A stretch of DNA of 55,094 nucleotides from a virus (lineage: Duplodnaviria; Caudoviricetes): positions 1 to 55,094 of the IMG/VR virus record IMGVR_UViG_3300020074_000024; one strand, 5' to 3'. The position numbers were made by a program, and so were the translations under genes. The notes under the pieces were generated by a model. The model had not been told where the DNA came from. It made no database searches and worked only from the letters and a program-made list of their open reading frames with translations. The stretch's first letter is position 1. Each line of letters opens with the position of its first letter. Positions 52,756 through 55,094 of the stretch are shown one piece after another.

Positions 52756-53075
52756 TGAAAGCACCTTCCTGAAAACTCAAGTGCCTGCGGGCCCTGCTCC
52801 CCCTGCAAACCCGGTCCCTCCGGCCCCTCGCCATAGAGCATCTGGCCGCAGTAGGGGCAGTAGCTGACCAGATAGTTGTACTCTGCATCCCACAGCATCC
52901 AGATACCACCATGCTCCACAACGGGCAGCAACCCGCCGCTCAGCGCTCCCTGGCCCCGCGTAACCTCCCTCAGCCAACGGCGAGCAGAGGCGCACGAATG
53001 CACGCGAAACCCCTTCTCGCTCAGCCTCTGCTCCTCAGCCGCATCCTCCGACTCCAAGACATCCAGATCAATCAT
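52752..53075 (-). CDS. hypothetical protein with HxC...YCPYCG
   Basis: Coupled ORF; short G-x-x collagen-like tail. Confidence 0.65.
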   Translation of the reverse strand: MIDLDVLESEDAAEEQRLSEKGFRVHSCASARRWLREVTRGQGALSGGLLPVVEHGGIWMLWDAEYNYLVSYCPYCGQMLYGEGPEGPGLQGEQGPQALEFSGRCFQ

Positions 53076-53278
53076 GCCCCGCCCTTGGACGCCTCACCGA
53101 CCGCCTCGAATTGTAAGCCGTTATCGCCGTCTATCGGGGATGAGTGCCTGTTCCGTCCGGCGCGAATATCGTCTGGTATTCCGTCAGGAAAGGCGAAACA
53201 CCGAGGCCATGCCGCTAGGTAGATACACCCACGGCAGACGGGTTCAGGGATGTCGCCTGTGTCTGGGAAGGCGGTCAT
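53072..53278 (-). CDS. small Cys/His protein (CxxC...C.AFP.GIP..I..G...H..P..GD.G..F), candidate immunity protein
   Basis: ATGA overlap with the effector gene; motif recognised by eye from small genes that follow phage head-associated toxin domains. Confidence 0.65.
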   Translation of the reverse strand: MTAFPDTGDIPEPVCRGCIYLAAWPRCFAFPDGIPDDIRAGRNRHSSPIDGDNGLQFEAVGEASKGGA

Positions 53279-55092
53279 TTCTTTATCCCGTCAATGGCAA
53301 TCCAGTCGCCACCCTCGTTCAACTCCTGGATAGAGATGCCCCCACAGGGAGTCCAGTTGTCTCCGTCCGCTGAGACAAACAAGCCGCCGTCCTCCAGTTT
53401 GATATACAACGCCTGCCTCTGCTCCTCGCCGTAAACGCGCGCCCAGTACAACGTCTCCATAGCCTTCACCTTCCATGCCAGTGTTTCAATTTGAGGGGGC
53501 GGGGGCACTGTTCTCTCCACGTTTCTTTGCATCTGCACAAGGTATTTCCCCCACCGGGAGTCGCCTGGCGGCAATGCTCGTTGCCTTTGGTATGTTTTGT
53601 GGTTAAGAGTCTCCTTGGCGTGGTATGATTGCCTTGTGTGGAATTGCACCTCGAAGATGGCCCCCGTCTTCTTGTCCTGCCAATTTGTGTTAAGTCCCCA
53701 GTAGCCATAATTCTTTGTGCCCCAAAAGTTGCGGAGTTTCTTGTCATAGACCTCAAGTCCCGCAGCTCGCAGTTGCTTGAATATCTCCTTCGTTCCTGAC
53801 ACATAGTTTTCGGGCGATAGCCGTACTGTGTAGCGCAGAGCGTCGTGTACCCTATGGTAAGCTATGGCCTCCGGCACTCCATGCGACACCTCCCATAGGG
53901 CCTTACGCTCGATGCCTTCGGCAGTTTTGAAGCGGTGGTCGAGCCCGACAAGCTCCCCTCCCCCCGCCGCCGTTGCCCCTGATAGCGCGGCAGTTATTTC
54001 AGGCTCCGCTTCCGTGACGCGGGACAATAACGCCTCGGCGTTCATTGGCAGTCTGTGGTGTCCCCCTCCGGGCCTGCTCCCGCCCACATGCGGCGGGTTG
54101 CCTTCGTGCGCCCAGTGACCGGAGCCAGCCCCTCCCTTAATGACCTCAGATTGTACGGTCTGCATCAATAATGAAAAAAGTTCCTCAGACTCGCGGGACT
54201 GGAAGCCCTTTTTCCCTGCCACTGTCAACGCCCATGTTTCCGCAAACCACTCATGGAAGCCATCGCGGGCCCGTGCCGTTGCGCCGTGCTGTCTCGCAAA
54301 TGCGTCCCAAGTCGTCTTTTGGATAGTCCCACCTGCCGCCAAAAGCCCCGCCACCTGGGAGAACGTCTCCCGATGTTTTGGGTCGCGTAGATTTTTCAGG
54401 GCCCTATACCCAACCGCGTGGCCGAATTCATGCCTGGCGCACCCTTCGTAGGGGTCAGAAAATGCGTAGCTGCTGTGTTCGCGCCACAGTTCGTCCCGGC
54501 CATCCTCCATCAACTTGCCAACCCTGGCCAGGACGGCGCCCTCCATGCGGTCAGCATCGCCCATTCTCTGCTGGTGCTCTTCCGTGGTTATCAGCCCTTT
54601 CTGGAGTGCGTCGCCGGCCTTTGCACGCACCCTGTCTGCCACGGCTCCGCCATCGTTCATGAGTCTGTTGGCCTCGTCATCCCAAGATTCGTGCGGCCCA
54701 ATGATAATAGTACCGTCAGCTTTGTAGTGCCCTTGCCCTAACACGTCCCCCTGGTCAAAAATGAGCGTGCCATTCCAGTCCGACTCATGGTCCATGTTCA
54801 TCTCCTGAACCATGCCTTGCATCCGGCGGCGGACGTCCTCAGGTATCTCCCTGGGCCCGTCGCGAACCTCGGTATGATAGCGGAGCGCGGAGTCAGCAGG
54901 AGTGCCCGGCGCGCCCCCGCCCCCCGTCCACTGCCCACCTTCCGGCGCCCCTGCCGGCGCACGCGGTTGGTTCGGGTCGAACTTAGCGACGGCATCCTGC
55001 GCTTCCTTCACCGCCTGCTCTGCGCCTATCATGTCTACCCACGCCCTGCCCGCTTCCAGTGATTTCTGTGCCGCATATACCGAACCGGGCAT
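53275..55092 (-). CDS. Multi-domain (polyvalent) effector: zincin metallopeptidase + RelA/SpoT-like nucleotidyltransferase (may extend past the right edge)
   Basis: KFDPNQPR..G...GGQWT; HEFGH...EWFAE; RFK...RK, DALRYT, Y.GLN, FEVQFHT..S...KE. Confidence 0.8.
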   Translation of the reverse strand: MPGSVYAAQKSLEAGRAWVDMIGAEQAVKEAQDAVAKFDPNQPRAPAGAPEGGQWTGGGGAPGTPADSALRYHTEVRDGPREIPEDVRRRMQGMVQEMNMDHESDWNGTLIFDQGDVLGQGHYKADGTIIIGPHESWDDEANRLMNDGGAVADRVRAKAGDALQKGLITTEEHQQRMGDADRMEGAVLARVGKLMEDGRDELWREHSSYAFSDPYEGCARHEFGHAVGYRALKNLRDPKHRETFSQVAGLLAAGGTIQKTTWDAFARQHGATARARDGFHEWFAETWALTVAGKKGFQSRESEELFSLLMQTVQSEVIKGGAGSGHWAHEGNPPHVGGSRPGGGHHRLPMNAEALLSRVTEAEPEITAALSGATAAGGGELVGLDHRFKTAEGIERKALWEVSHGVPEAIAYHRVHDALRYTVRLSPENYVSGTKEIFKQLRAAGLEVYDKKLRNFWGTKNYGYWGLNTNWQDKKTGAIFEVQFHTRQSYHAKETLNHKTYQRQRALPPGDSRWGKYLVQMQRNVERTVPPPPQIETLAWKVKAMETLYWARVYGEEQRQALYIKLEDGGLFVSADGDNWTPCGGISIQELNEGGDWIAIDGIKK

Positions 55093-55094
55093 GT

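Larger units (their letters stand above)
1..55094 (-). mobile_element. Tailed phage/prophage genome segment (siphovirus-like)
   Basis: Co-oriented TerS-TerL-portal-protease-capsid-head/tail connectors-tail tube-chaperones-tape measure-tail tip gene order plus a replication module; many ATGA/GTGA overlaps; no host housekeeping genes. Confidence 0.97.

Noticed and set aside
1-55094. Integrase/att sites, tRNA genes and a definite host assignment
   Set aside because: No recombinase motifs or tRNA cloverleaf recognised by eye; lifestyle and host cannot be established from this window (an anaerobic host is only suggested by the NrdD-like peptide)

Overview
The window is most of a tailed dsDNA (siphovirus-like) phage or prophage genome, roughly 60% GC by eye. 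Essentially all genes are on the minus strand, and the plus-strand ORFs are shadows. In transcription order (right to left) it carries: a multi-domain effector protein (zincin peptidase plus RelA/SpoT-like domain) with small candidate immunity genes; a DNA-modification-like cluster (phosphodiesterase, two ParB-like proteins, TAGT/GREB1-like glycosyltransferase, NrdD-tail mini-protein, radical SAM); TerS and TerL; a portal fused to a HipA/PI3K-like kinase; a promoter-driven insert; prohead protease and major capsid; glycosyl- and methyltransferases interleaved with head/tail genes; tail tube, frameshifted chaperones, a 3550-aa tape measure and tail-tip proteins; holin-like genes; and early/replication genes (LexA-like HTH, Rep with iterons, DnaC-like loader, MoxR-like AAA, DUF2201-like protein running off the left edge). 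The most notable signals are: (1) a 29-aa Lys-Gly-Gly leader shared by two unrelated toxin-like domains, suggesting a protease-released, virion-delivered effector system; (2) a candidate selenoprotein (M-G-UGA-C with a SECIS-like hairpin); (3) two genome-wide motif families, the palindrome TCTAAT-N6-ATTAGA (9 sites) and the strand-polarised octamer AATGAAAA (19 sites found by eye). No integrase, endolysin, tRNA or CRISPR array was recognised. All family calls come from motif recognition by eye, not database searches.
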